From the NCBI GenBank assembly GCA_016432425.1, contig CP066688.1:84368-148367 (forward strand): a DNA stretch of 64,000 nt. The letters run 5' to 3'. The DNA is from Candidatus Daviesbacteria bacterium. GTDB lineage: Bacteria > Patescibacteriota > Microgenomatia > Daviesbacterales > UBA10151. The position numbers and the translations under genes were made by a program. Of this stretch, positions 10,074-19,786 are shown one piece after another. Each line of letters starts with the position of its first letter. Within the stretch, counting starts at the first letter, position 1. The notes below the pieces were generated by a model. It searched no databases. It was given only the letters and a program-made list of their open reading frames with translations, and was not told where the DNA came from.

Positions 10074-10874
10074 TTATTTAGACAATTTTTCAACACGCTC
10101 TAGAATATTTTTTTTAGGTTTAAGAAAGATTTTATTTTTTATACCGGCCCTTGTTAAAAGATAAAGAAATAAAATTTTGAATGTACCAAGTGAATAACGA
10201 ATACTATTTTTAAGTGTTGCCCCTCTTTTTTTACCAGTATAATTTGTTTCAACTGGTACTTCATCAATTTTAATGTTCCAAAAGGACGCCTGAGCAATTA
10301 ATTCAAAACTAAAAAGATAATTATTGGAATTATTTTCAAAGCTAACTTTTTCTAAAAGTTCTTTGGTATAGACTCTAAAACCTTGGTGCAAATCACCTAT
10401 TTTTGTTCCTAAAATTAGACTATCAACGGTATTCATCAAAAATATAGGAATAAACTTCCAAAAATACATTCCGCTTTTTAAGGGTTGATTAATATAAGTA
10501 AAACGATTTCCGAGAATAAATTTACTGCCATTTTTTATTTTTTCCAAAGCTAGAGGGATGGCATTTGTTTTATATTCACCGTCTGGGTGAATATCTATAA
10601 AAACATCCCCCCCTCTTTTTATCCCCAAAGCCAGAATTCTCTTTAAATTTCCTCCATACCCTAAATTAATGGGATTCTTATAAGCGTGTATCCCTAAACT
10701 TTTGGCCAACTCATATGAATGATCAAAAGAAGCATCATCAACTAAAATAATATCATCAACTAAATGCCGAGGAAAATTTTCATAAAATTTTCTTAAAGTA
10801 CGGGCGCAGTTATATGCTATAAAAATAGCCACAATTTTCTGTTTTCTTGTTTCTGTAGGTTTCATAAAATTCAA
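10074..10874 (-). CDS. GT2, DPM1-like polyprenol-phosphate sugar synthase
   Basis: VDDASFD, NLGYGGN, HPDGEY, GNRF, DLHQGFRVY, EVPVET. Alternative ATG at 10865. Confidence 0.8.
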   Translation of the reverse strand: MNFMKPTETRKQKIVAIFIAYNCARTLRKFYENFPRHLVDDIILVDDASFDHSYELAKSLGIHAYKNPINLGYGGNLKRILALGIKRGGDVFIDIHPDGEYKTNAIPLALEKIKNGSKFILGNRFTYINQPLKSGMYFWKFIPIFLMNTVDSLILGTKIGDLHQGFRVYTKELLEKVSFENNSNNYLFSFELIAQASFWNIKIDEVPVETNYTGKKRGATLKNSIRYSLGTFKILFLYLLTRAGIKNKIFLKPKKNILERVEKLSK

Positions 10875-10901
10875 TAGACTATTATAGCTACCATAAAAAT
10901 A

Positions 10902-13106
10902 TTACAAATTTCCGTGGCTATTGGGAAATAATACATTGGTATCTAAATTTATGGAATTAACTTTAACACCTCCATAGTCTACCTTGACATTTGTAGAATA
11001 AAGTTCCAAGGAAGACAATATTACTTGCGATTTAGCAGCATTATAATTCCTAAAACTAATTGTGAAATAATTGGAATTGGTTGGCACGGCACCAATCAAT
11101 TCTAATTGATGTTCTCCAGATCCCTGTAACCTCTTACTTATCCTAACTCCCACCCTATTTAAAGAGTCATTGGCATCTTCTTCATTTTCATAAAAATTAA
11201 CCGCCAAATAAGCATTTTTATCCAATTCTTCCGATTTAGTAACAATATTTGCCTTAATAACAAAACCTGACATTATATTATCTATGGGGGGAGATTCCCA
11301 CCTAATTACCTCCTCTCCTACTGCCTCCCCTCCAATCGACAAACCTTTCTCCCCTACAGGTAATTGAATATTTTTATACACACTTCCTTTGGTTGACCAA
11401 TTTTGATTGCTGTTTCGAAAATTAAAAGATGCTATTTCCTCTAAATTAGAAGCTTTATATTCAGGAATTTTAGCTATTATAAAGTCAGATTCTGGTGCTT
11501 GCCAGGGGTTTATTACTGAATAAACAGTATGCACACTTAATTCTCGCACAGCCATAGCCGCATAAGTTTGTTCTAACCTATTAACAGGTTTTTCGAAATC
11601 TTGATGTGGTTGTCCCGCTTGGGTCATCCAACCATAAAATTGGTTAGTAGCCCAATCTAAATTGGCAATAGCATAATCTGCACCGCTTGCCTTAAACTCA
11701 TCAATTGAAAAATCTTCTTCAAAATCATATAGTAATCTAGAAACAATATAATCTGGAAGAGGTACAGAAGAATGAGCAGCTACCTTACTCCCGGGGGCAA
11801 TATTTTTCCCAATCCATAAAGAAAGAATTTTGTAATTCCAAGGTTTAGTATATTCTTGAGTGACTACCAAGGAATTTGCTAAATTCTCTTTGACTGCTAA
11901 TATTAGCACTACTAAAAACACCATCAAACTCGCTTTGCTTAGATGGCTATTTATTTTAAGATCCCATAATTTTGATAAAACAAACCCAGCGAAGATTAAT
12001 AAAAATGGTATTACAGTAACAAAATTCCTAGTATAGAATCCCCCTGTAGAATAATAAGTGGTAAGATAAAAAAAGGGGATAATAATTGATAAAAGTAATA
12101 AAGATTTTTGAAAAGATTGTTTTATTCCCCAGATTAATCCCCCAATAATTAATAATGAGGTCACCGCTCCTATTCCAATGTGATAAAGGTAAGAATAAGG
12201 ATAAAGGTAAAAAACTTTCGCCCCCATTCCATATTTTAGGGAAACATTATGGATTTGATTTAAAGTTTCCTGGTATCCAGCTATATGATAAGGATTTAAT
12301 ACAACAAAAGTTAGCAGCACCAAAAAAGGTACCAATAAAACTTCCCACCTAAAAAAACAGCGTAAATGACTTTTCCAGTTTTTTTGTTGATAAGTTAAGT
12401 ATAGATGAACCAAAGCAAAAGGAGCCAGTGCAAAAAGTTGGTACTTGGTGGAAAAAGAAAAACCCACTAAAATGGCAGTCAACCAATATTTCATTTTGGT
12501 GGGCTTTTGCCAAAGGTAAACAGCAGATAAGGTTGCTGCCAGCAGAAAAAAGGCATTGTAGATATCAGGCAGACCCAGATGACTGTTTAAAACTTCCCGA
12601 TAATTAATACTAACCAAAAAAGCTGACAATAAACCAATCTGACGGTTAAATAAGGTAGCGGCTAAAAAATAAGTTAATATCACCACCCCGACACCAAAAA
12701 AAGCAGTAACATACCGGCTCCAAAACAGTGCATTAATTTCTCTGGATCCCAAAATTTCTTCCTGGAAAATTTTCTTATATTCTTTTTTCTCCAGGGGCAA
12801 TTTTATTTGCTTATTAATAATCTGATTTAAATTAGTTAAATAAAATTTAGTCCATTGAAGAGGCACAAAAAAAGTTTTATAAAATAAGGCATTAGCTAAA
12901 GGTACTACTGCCGGATAGTCATATCTTAGAGAGTCAATATTACCATTTTTTATCATGGAAGAGGCGGCCGAATAAGAAATTCCTTCATCAGGATGGTAAG
13001 GCTGATATCCGGGGTTTACCCCAGAAAAACGCAAATACACAGCCAAAACTACTATTAGTAAAAACCATCTTTGATCACTTTTAAAAAATTTAATTATTTT
13101 TGACAT
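10902..13106 (-). CDS. ArnT/PMT_2-family GT-C with C-terminal CBM-like beta domain
   Basis: YHPDE, SH...PD, STKY, RN motifs; about 170-aa beta-rich C-terminus. Confidence 0.85.
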   Translation of the reverse strand: MSKIIKFFKSDQRWFLLIVVLAVYLRFSGVNPGYQPYHPDEGISYSAASSMIKNGNIDSLRYDYPAVVPLANALFYKTFFVPLQWTKFYLTNLNQIINKQIKLPLEKKEYKKIFQEEILGSREINALFWSRYVTAFFGVGVVILTYFLAATLFNRQIGLLSAFLVSINYREVLNSHLGLPDIYNAFFLLAATLSAVYLWQKPTKMKYWLTAILVGFSFSTKYQLFALAPFALVHLYLTYQQKNWKSHLRCFFRWEVLLVPFLVLLTFVVLNPYHIAGYQETLNQIHNVSLKYGMGAKVFYLYPYSYLYHIGIGAVTSLLIIGGLIWGIKQSFQKSLLLLSIIIPFFYLTTYYSTGGFYTRNFVTVIPFLLIFAGFVLSKLWDLKINSHLSKASLMVFLVVLILAVKENLANSLVVTQEYTKPWNYKILSLWIGKNIAPGSKVAAHSSVPLPDYIVSRLLYDFEEDFSIDEFKASGADYAIANLDWATNQFYGWMTQAGQPHQDFEKPVNRLEQTYAAMAVRELSVHTVYSVINPWQAPESDFIIAKIPEYKASNLEEIASFNFRNSNQNWSTKGSVYKNIQLPVGEKGLSIGGEAVGEEVIRWESPPIDNIMSGFVIKANIVTKSEELDKNAYLAVNFYENEEDANDSLNRVGVRISKRLQGSGEHQLELIGAVPTNSNYFTISFRNYNAAKSQVILSSLELYSTNVKVDYGGVKVNSINLDTNVLFPNSHGNL

Positions 13107-13810
13107 GCTAAAATGATATGTGAAAAAGGTTTACCAGGAGATACGGGTTTGCTGCTTACCTTAAAACCGATTTTTTTGAGTAAGGTTTGCCATTCCTGTT
13201 GAGTTCTATAAAAAATTTCCTTATTATAAAGACGCTTCTCAAAAAGAATCGGCACAATGACTACATCGGTAAACCAGGTAAATAAGTATTTTAGAAAAGG
13301 CTTTTTGCCTATTTCCGCAATAATTAGTTTACCACCCGGCTTTAAAGCTTGATAACTGCTCTTGAGAATTTCTATTTGTTGATCCCTAGAGGTCAAATGA
13401 TGCAGAAGGTGAATCATCAGAATACCATCTGCTTTTGGTATTTTTACCCTGTCGGCGCTACCGTAAATAAACTTGGTATTAGCTAATCCCTTTTTAGCTA
13501 ATTTTAATCTGTCTTTATTAATCTCCACCCCAATCAGTTGGCGGGTTGGTTCTTCAAGTGCCAGTAAATTTACCATTAATCCATCTCCACAACCTAAATC
13601 CGCAATCACTCCTTTGGAGGGGACCAAAGCGGCAATCTCTTCATAAGGAGCATCCCACAACCTGATGCTGGTAAACAACTCACTAAAACCGCCTGATTTA
13701 TAAAGTGAGGTCACTTTGGCTAATTTTCCATTTTCTTCCGGCCTACCATGTATTAAAAACAGTACTTTAAAAAAGATAGTTATCACAGTTTCTGTCACAT
13801 TTTTAATCAT
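13094..13810 (-). CDS. Class I SAM-dependent methyltransferase
   Basis: DLGCGDG, LLHHL, LKPGG. Confidence 0.9.
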   Translation of the reverse strand: MIKNVTETVITIFFKVLFLIHGRPEENGKLAKVTSLYKSGGFSELFTSIRLWDAPYEEIAALVPSKGVIADLGCGDGLMVNLLALEEPTRQLIGVEINKDRLKLAKKGLANTKFIYGSADRVKIPKADGILMIHLLHHLTSRDQQIEILKSSYQALKPGGKLIIAEIGKKPFLKYLFTWFTDVVIVPILFEKRLYNKEIFYRTQQEWQTLLKKIGFKVSSKPVSPGKPFSHIILACQK

Positions 13811-14531
13811 AGAAGCCTTTTAAATTATTAATCTTAATCTGCAGCAATTCACCCAAAGTTTTGGTGACCGCATCAAATATTTTAACCTTCGAGCCGGCAT
13901 AATGTGTCCACTTAACCGGCACTTCCTTTATTTTAAAGTTAAGTTTATCTGCAATAAATAAAACTTCCGCATCATACCCCCAACGGTTAATTTTTTGTCT
14001 GTTAAAAACCGGCTTAATTACTTCCTTAGAAAAAAGTTTAAATCCGCAGTTGGTATCTTTAACAGCCGGAAGTAATATTAATCTTAAAAGTTCATAATAA
14101 ATGTCTCCCAAAAAAGTTCTATATCTCTCCGGTAATCTGCCTAATTTTTTTTCTTTAAGCCTTCGTGAACCGATGACTATATCATGAGATTTAATATATT
14201 GAAGTAGAATTTTCAACTCCTCCATGGGAGTAGAAAGATCACAATCCGTCATTAAAACTAATTTCCCGTTTGAAGCAAGCATACCTGTTTTAACGGCCGC
14301 CCCTTTACCCATGTTTTCTTTATGACGCTTTAATACTGTACTAGGATATAAGTTTTTAAAATCATTTAACACATCCCATGTTTTATCAGTTGATCCATCA
14401 TCAACTAAAATTACCTCATATGAAGCCTTGCCTTTTTTAAGGTAAGTAATAATTTTCTCCAAATTTTTGGGTAACCTTTTCTCTTCATTAAAAACCGGTA
14501 CTACTACTGATAGATTAATTGCTTTTTTCAT
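13803..14531 (-). CDS. GT2, ALG5-like (dolichyl/polyprenyl-phosphate glucose synthase family)
   Basis: GKGAAVKTGM, MTDCDLSTP, GSR, DTNCGFKLF, RWGYDAE, EVPVKW. Confidence 0.85.
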   Translation of the reverse strand: MKKAINLSVVVPVFNEEKRLPKNLEKIITYLKKGKASYEVILVDDGSTDKTWDVLNDFKNLYPSTVLKRHKENMGKGAAVKTGMLASNGKLVLMTDCDLSTPMEELKILLQYIKSHDIVIGSRRLKEKKLGRLPERYRTFLGDIYYELLRLILLPAVKDTNCGFKLFSKEVIKPVFNRQKINRWGYDAEVLFIADKLNFKIKEVPVKWTHYAGSKVKIFDAVTKTLGELLQIKINNLKGFYD

Positions 14532-15205
14532 TTTTCTGTTTTTTGGGCCACTAAAAATATTTCTTTAATCTTGCCATGCTCATAGCCTAAATCATCTAAT
14601 CTTTCCAAAAAAGAATTTCTCGGTTGAGGAATTCTAAAAATAATTTTCATAATGTAAAACCAAGCAATAAAAAAACAGCTAAATAAACTACCTCTGGTAA
14701 AAATATCGAGAGCTTCAAACCTGTTTTTATCAAACATTTTGATAAGGGTACTTTGTTGATAATGACGGTGTCCAAAATACCAGGCTGGATCAAGTACTTT
14801 TGAGAAAAAATTATCATAGGGGGTAGATAACAATACTTTCCCTTTGGGTTTAAGCACCCTAAAAGCTTCTTTTAAAACTTTTGTTTCTGTACCTACTGGA
14901 ACATGTTCGATAATATCAAATAATATTACTATATCAGCTGCGTTCTCTTTTAGAGGTAAACTCAGTGCATTGCCTAATAAAAATTGCGCTCCTTGAACAT
15001 GTTTTTTAGCAAAGTTTACAGCCTTACTATCTGGTTCGATACCAATAATTTTTTTGGCTCCACTTTTAGCAAGTTCCCTTTCTAACCAGCCAAAAGAACA
15101 ACCCACGTCAACTAAAACTTTATTCCTAAGCTCCATTTTTTTTAGTAATTCTAAACAGACTCTCACTCGGCCAGTTATTGGTACTTCCAGGGGAAAAATT
15201 TTCAT
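14528..15205 (-). CDS. Class I SAM-dependent methyltransferase
   Basis: VDVGCSFG, DIIEHV, RVLKPKG, STP. Confidence 0.9.
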   Translation of the reverse strand: MKIFPLEVPITGRVRVCLELLKKMELRNKVLVDVGCSFGWLERELAKSGAKKIIGIEPDSKAVNFAKKHVQGAQFLLGNALSLPLKENAADIVILFDIIEHVPVGTETKVLKEAFRVLKPKGKVLLSTPYDNFFSKVLDPAWYFGHRHYQQSTLIKMFDKNRFEALDIFTRGSLFSCFFIAWFYIMKIIFRIPQPRNSFLERLDDLGYEHGKIKEIFLVAQKTEK

Positions 15206-16224
15206 TTGAAATTTGCCTCCACCTTGCCAAAATGAACCACCATGGCTTTTAGATCAAACGGCTTCATAATTATTTCAAAAATTTTTTTATCTGTTACTCT
15301 TCTCAACTTTTGCACTTTAGCTCTTTTTTGCAATGTTTGATTTAAATTTAAAATATTCCAAAAAATAGCTTGATATACCATCATTCCTTGTCTTATTCTC
15401 ATCCTCAAAAGATAATATAAACTAAGTCCCAACAAAAGAAAAAGATGAAAACCGCCTATTAAAAATAAATTTTTCATTTCAAAGTTTTTTATCATTGATA
15501 GTAACCGGTTTTTTAAAGAGTGATAAAAAACAAATACCTGGTCTTGTTTTTTTGAGGTAAATCCTACTTTGTGATAAATAAATGTTTCAGGGTAATATAA
15601 AACTTGATATCCTAAAAGCCAAACTCTCCAGCAAAAATCGCTCTCTTCAAAATAAGATCCGAAGCTATTATCAAATAAACCAATTTTTTCGATGATATCT
15701 TTTTTGATTAACATACAAGCCCCCTTTGCAGAAAAAATCAGTCGTTCACTATCGAATTCAATGCCGTCCTTTTCCATAAATCCCCAATGCTCTAAAAAAC
15801 CAGTTCTGGTAAGAAAAGATCCAGCATTATCTAAAAGTTCTGGCTTATCCATAATTTTTATTTTTGGCTGAACTACACCAATTTTTGCCTCGGAGTTAAT
15901 TCTCCTGGCTAAAACTGTTAGTAAATTAGGGCTAACTTTAGTATCATTATTAAGAAGTAATATTAATTCTCCTTGAGCAAATTTTAGCCCTACATTATTC
16001 CCTCCTGCAAAACCTAGATTACTGTCATTTTTGACTATTTTTAATTTTGAGATTTTTGATTTATATTTATCTAAAATTTCCAGGCTTTTATCAACTGAAG
16101 CATTATCAACAAATACTAGTTCCCAATTTTTGTAGTCCAGCTGAGTTAAACTTCTAAGACAATCATCAAGAATTTTTTCTCCATTCCAGTTAACAATGAT
16201 TATAGAAACAAGCGGGTTATTCAA
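15202..16224 (-). CDS. GT2, WbbL/rhamnosyltransferase-like
   Basis: IIVNWNG, NLGFAGGNN, LLNND, GACML, YFEESDFCWR. Confidence 0.85.
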   Translation of the reverse strand: MNNPLVSIIIVNWNGEKILDDCLRSLTQLDYKNWELVFVDNASVDKSLEILDKYKSKISKLKIVKNDSNLGFAGGNNVGLKFAQGELILLLNNDTKVSPNLLTVLARRINSEAKIGVVQPKIKIMDKPELLDNAGSFLTRTGFLEHWGFMEKDGIEFDSERLIFSAKGACMLIKKDIIEKIGLFDNSFGSYFEESDFCWRVWLLGYQVLYYPETFIYHKVGFTSKKQDQVFVFYHSLKNRLLSMIKNFEMKNLFLIGGFHLFLLLGLSLYYLLRMRIRQGMMVYQAIFWNILNLNQTLQKRAKVQKLRRVTDKKIFEIIMKPFDLKAMVVHFGKVEANFK

Positions 16225-17056
16225 TTTTTAAACTACCTTTCAAATATCCAATGCCACCTCCGATAAACTCTACCGAAAGCATGACCAACATTCCCAAGGA
16301 AACTACTGGATCTGTTAGCAGCATGCGCCAGTTTTTATAGAAAGCTGGTCTTAAAAAATATATTGTCGTTGGACTAATGATGGAAATTTTATGTTTGGTC
16401 AAATATTTACTGGCTGATAAACCATAATACATTTTTTTTCTAAATAAAGTAGAAAGCGAAAGTTCTCCCTCATTATGATTAATAAAACTTTTAATCCGAC
16501 CGATGGTGTAAGTTTTTCTAATCCGTTGCGGCAAATCCCAATCTTCCGGTCCGGTCAAGTTCTCATCATACCCCTTAAAACTCATAAAAATCTTTTTGGG
16601 AAAAAATCTGGCTGACTCAAAAAATCCTTCTCCTCTGTTTATTTCTCGTTCTAAAATTTTAGCTTTGGCCCATAAACCCTGACCAAATGATCTTTCTGGT
16701 ACCACCAATCCTCCCAATTTATTGTTATCTCTTTCAAATGTTTCTACGCAATCTTTTACCACATTATTTGTTAAAACCATATCCGAATCAAGAAACAGTA
16801 AATATTTCCCCCGGGACTTTTGAGCACCAAAATTCCGTTGGGCTGAACGCTCTGGCCCTTTTTGAAAAACAAGACTTGTATATTTCCTCGCAATATCTGC
16901 TGTTTTATCAGTGGAGCGATTATCTACCACAACTGTTTCAATATTTTTATAATTTTGTTCTTTAACACTTTTTAAAAGTGGGTCCATCGTAGGGGCAGAA
17001 TTTTTAGTGGTAATAATGACTGAGACCAGCGGTTTAGTATTCATAGTAAGTTTCAT
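16217..17056 (-). CDS. GT2 glycosyltransferase
   Basis: VVDNRSTD, ERSAQRNFG, LDSDM, GPEDWD. Confidence 0.9.
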   Translation of the reverse strand: MKLTMNTKPLVSVIITTKNSAPTMDPLLKSVKEQNYKNIETVVVDNRSTDKTADIARKYTSLVFQKGPERSAQRNFGAQKSRGKYLLFLDSDMVLTNNVVKDCVETFERDNNKLGGLVVPERSFGQGLWAKAKILEREINRGEGFFESARFFPKKIFMSFKGYDENLTGPEDWDLPQRIRKTYTIGRIKSFINHNEGELSLSTLFRKKMYYGLSASKYLTKHKISIISPTTIYFLRPAFYKNWRMLLTDPVVSLGMLVMLSVEFIGGGIGYLKGSLKIE

Positions 17057-17102
17057 CCATTTTTCTGTTTTTTATGATATGATACAATCGTGAATTAAGT
17101 CA

Positions 17103-18041
17103 ATGAATAATATGTTATCTTTTGTCATACCGGCGAAAAATGAACAGGATTCGCTAATACAATTATATCAAGAAATCTGTCTCACAGTAGCAACACTTAA
17201 AAGACCATTTGAAATTGTGTTCGTGGATGACGGTTCAACAGACGAAACTTTTCAGATCTTAAAATCACTACATGATAAAGATAAAAGAGTTAAAGTAGTA
17301 AAGTTAAGAGGTAATTGGGGGAAATCAATAGCGCTCCAAATAGGCTTTGGTAAAACCAAAGGTGATATTATTTTTACTCTGGATGGAGACTTGCAAGATA
17401 ATCCTCATACCATACCGGCATTTTTAAAAAAATTGGACGAAGGTTACGATCTGGTTTCGGGATGGAAGAAAAATAGACATGATCCCTCGCTCACTAAAGT
17501 CCTACCTTCAAGAATAGTTAATTCCTTGTCCAGAAGATTAACTGGAGTAAAAATTCACGATATTAATTGCGGATTTAAAGCTTACCGAAGAGAGGTAATT
17601 GAAAATTTAAACCTTTACGGAGAATTGTATCGTTTCATACCAATTATAGCTGCTAAACAAAATTACAAAGTAGGAGAAATTATTGTTGACCACAGACCCA
17701 GGATATATGGTAAAACTAAATTTGGCTGGAGCCGAGGAATCAAAGGAATTTTAGATCTTTTAACCATCGTCTTTTTAACAGGATTTAAAAATAGACCAGG
17801 TCATTTTTTTGGTTCGGCTGGTCTGATGTCATTTTCAGCTGGGTTTATAATAGGGGTGTATATTGCTTATCTGCGTCTTACTACAGGTAGTATTCAAAAT
17901 CGCCACCCTTTACTTTTTCTCGGGATGCTCTTAATGATTATTGGTGTTCAACTTATCTCTACTGGCCTTTTGGCAGAGATGATAATTTTTTCCAGGGAGA
18001 AATCAGATTATACTTTCTCTATTAAGGAATATTTAGCGTGA
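17103..18041 (+). CDS. GT2 ArnC/GtrB-like polyprenol-phosphate sugar synthase, 2 C-terminal TMs
   Basis: VDDGSTD, LDGDLQDNP, DINCGFKAYR, HRPR.YG.TKF. Confidence 0.9.
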   Translation: MNNMLSFVIPAKNEQDSLIQLYQEICLTVATLKRPFEIVFVDDGSTDETFQILKSLHDKDKRVKVVKLRGNWGKSIALQIGFGKTKGDIIFTLDGDLQDNPHTIPAFLKKLDEGYDLVSGWKKNRHDPSLTKVLPSRIVNSLSRRLTGVKIHDINCGFKAYRREVIENLNLYGELYRFIPIIAAKQNYKVGEIIVDHRPRIYGKTKFGWSRGIKGILDLLTIVFLTGFKNRPGHFFGSAGLMSFSAGFIIGVYIAYLRLTTGSIQNRHPLLFLGMLLMIIGVQLISTGLLAEMIIFSREKSDYTFSIKEYLA

Positions 18042-18964
18042 AAAAAATATCCGTAGTCATTCCCTGCTTTAATGAGGTTGAAAACATACCACTTTTAATT
18101 CCTGAAATTATCAAAAATATGCCTCAAAAATATGACTGGGAAATTATTTTTTCCGATGGGGGATCTAAAGATGGCACTTGGTTAGTAATAGAAAAATTTG
18201 CCAGATCAAATAAAAAAATTAAAGGAATTTTGCCTCATAAAGGATTCGGCTATCAAGCCGATCTAAGAACGGGCTTAAGTAAAGCTACGGGTGATGCCGT
18301 CATCACTATGGATGCTGATTTCCAACACCCTCCAGAATTTATTCCCGAGTTAATCTCTTATTGGGAGAAAGGACATGATTTGGTAATGCCTCAAAAGAAA
18401 GAGGACAAATCACTTAATCCCATAAGTAGGATGCTTCGGAAAATTGCTTATCAGGTTTGGGCTTTATCCAGTAGTAAGGGATTAATACCAGGGGTGTCGG
18501 ATTTTCGGCTACTGGATAAAAAAATTTTAGAATATATTCTAAACTCCCAGGAGAATGAGGTTTTTATTAGAGGATTAGTTATGTTAGCTGCTAATAATCC
18601 AATTTTAATACCTTATAAAGTAGGGGAAAGAAAATACGGAAGATCTGCTTTCAATATGTTTAAACTAATCAATATATTTATTATCGGTCTAATTTCATTT
18701 AGCATTGTGCCGCTTCGTATAGCTTGGCTATTTGGATTATTTATTGCCTTTACTGCATCAATTTTTCTAACAGTCGATATTTTACATACTTTAATTATCG
18801 GCAGAAGTATTGTACCGGGGTGGGTAACAGTTATAACCTTGATACTGATTTTGAACGGTTTTATTATTTTTTATATGGGAATTCTAGGAGAATATATCGG
18901 GGTTATATTTAAAGAAGTCAAAAAACGACCCACCTATTTAATTGAAAAAACTGTCAATATTTGA
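18038..18964 (+). CDS. GT2 GtrB/YkoT-like polyprenol-phosphate sugar synthase
   Basis: MDADFQHPP, SDFRLLD, GILGEYIG.IF.EVKKRP.Y. Confidence 0.9.
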   Translation: MKKISVVIPCFNEVENIPLLIPEIIKNMPQKYDWEIIFSDGGSKDGTWLVIEKFARSNKKIKGILPHKGFGYQADLRTGLSKATGDAVITMDADFQHPPEFIPELISYWEKGHDLVMPQKKEDKSLNPISRMLRKIAYQVWALSSSKGLIPGVSDFRLLDKKILEYILNSQENEVFIRGLVMLAANNPILIPYKVGERKYGRSAFNMFKLINIFIIGLISFSIVPLRIAWLFGLFIAFTASIFLTVDILHTLIIGRSIVPGWVTVITLILILNGFIIFYMGILGEYIGVIFKEVKKRPTYLIEKTVNI

Positions 18965-19786
18965 ATGAAACTCCTGATTAAGTGTCCGATTTGCCAAACT
19001 AATAGCTGGCAAAAATATTCCCTTAAATTAGTTATTTGCAACAACTGCAGTTTTATTAGAGCCAAAGATACATATTTTAGAGTTAATGCCATCAAACTGT
19101 ATGGACAAGAATATTTTAATGAATCTGATTATGGGGATTATGCTCAAGAAGAAGAGGCCTTGGTAAAAAATTTTACTGACAGAGTCCGCAGAATCAGACA
19201 GTATAAAAAAAGCGGTAAGTTATTGGAAATAGGCTGTGCCTACGGTTATTTTTTAAAATTGGCCCAAAAATATTATCAATGCAGCGGTATTGATTTAAAT
19301 CCCGAAGTAACAAAGATTGCCCAAAAAACAACTAAGGCCAAAATTATAACCGGTGATTTTTTAAACTTAAACATACCAAAAAATTCTTTCGATATTGTTT
19401 GCATGTTTGACACCATCGAACATCTAAAATACCCTGCTCAGTACTTATCTAAAATCAGTCAAATACTAAAACCAAATGGAATTGTAGTTGTGGAAACTGG
19501 GGATATTGGCAGTTTCTTGGCTAAAATACAAGGCAATGGATGGAGGTTAATTACTCCCCCATTTCATCTGCAATATTTCAGCCAAAAAACATTAACTAGG
19601 TTATTTGAAAATTCTCAACTTTCAGTTATCGATGTTAATCGTGTTAGTTTCTACAGAAGCATCCGCCAGATCATTTATAAGTTAGCAAACAATAAACATG
19701 TTTTAGACTCCTCCCATCCGCTCTTATCCAAAACAATTCCTATTAATACTTATGACCTGTTATTTGTTGTTGCCCAAAAAAATTAA
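18965..19786 (+). CDS. SAM-dependent methyltransferase with N-terminal Zn ribbon
   Basis: CPIC...CNNC, LEIGCAYG, DTIEHL, LKPNG. Confidence 0.9.
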   Translation: MKLLIKCPICQTNSWQKYSLKLVICNNCSFIRAKDTYFRVNAIKLYGQEYFNESDYGDYAQEEEALVKNFTDRVRRIRQYKKSGKLLEIGCAYGYFLKLAQKYYQCSGIDLNPEVTKIAQKTTKAKIITGDFLNLNIPKNSFDIVCMFDTIEHLKYPAQYLSKISQILKPNGIVVVETGDIGSFLAKIQGNGWRLITPPFHLQYFSQKTLTRLFENSQLSVIDVNRVSFYRSIRQIIYKLANNKHVLDSSHPLLSKTIPINTYDLLFVVAQKN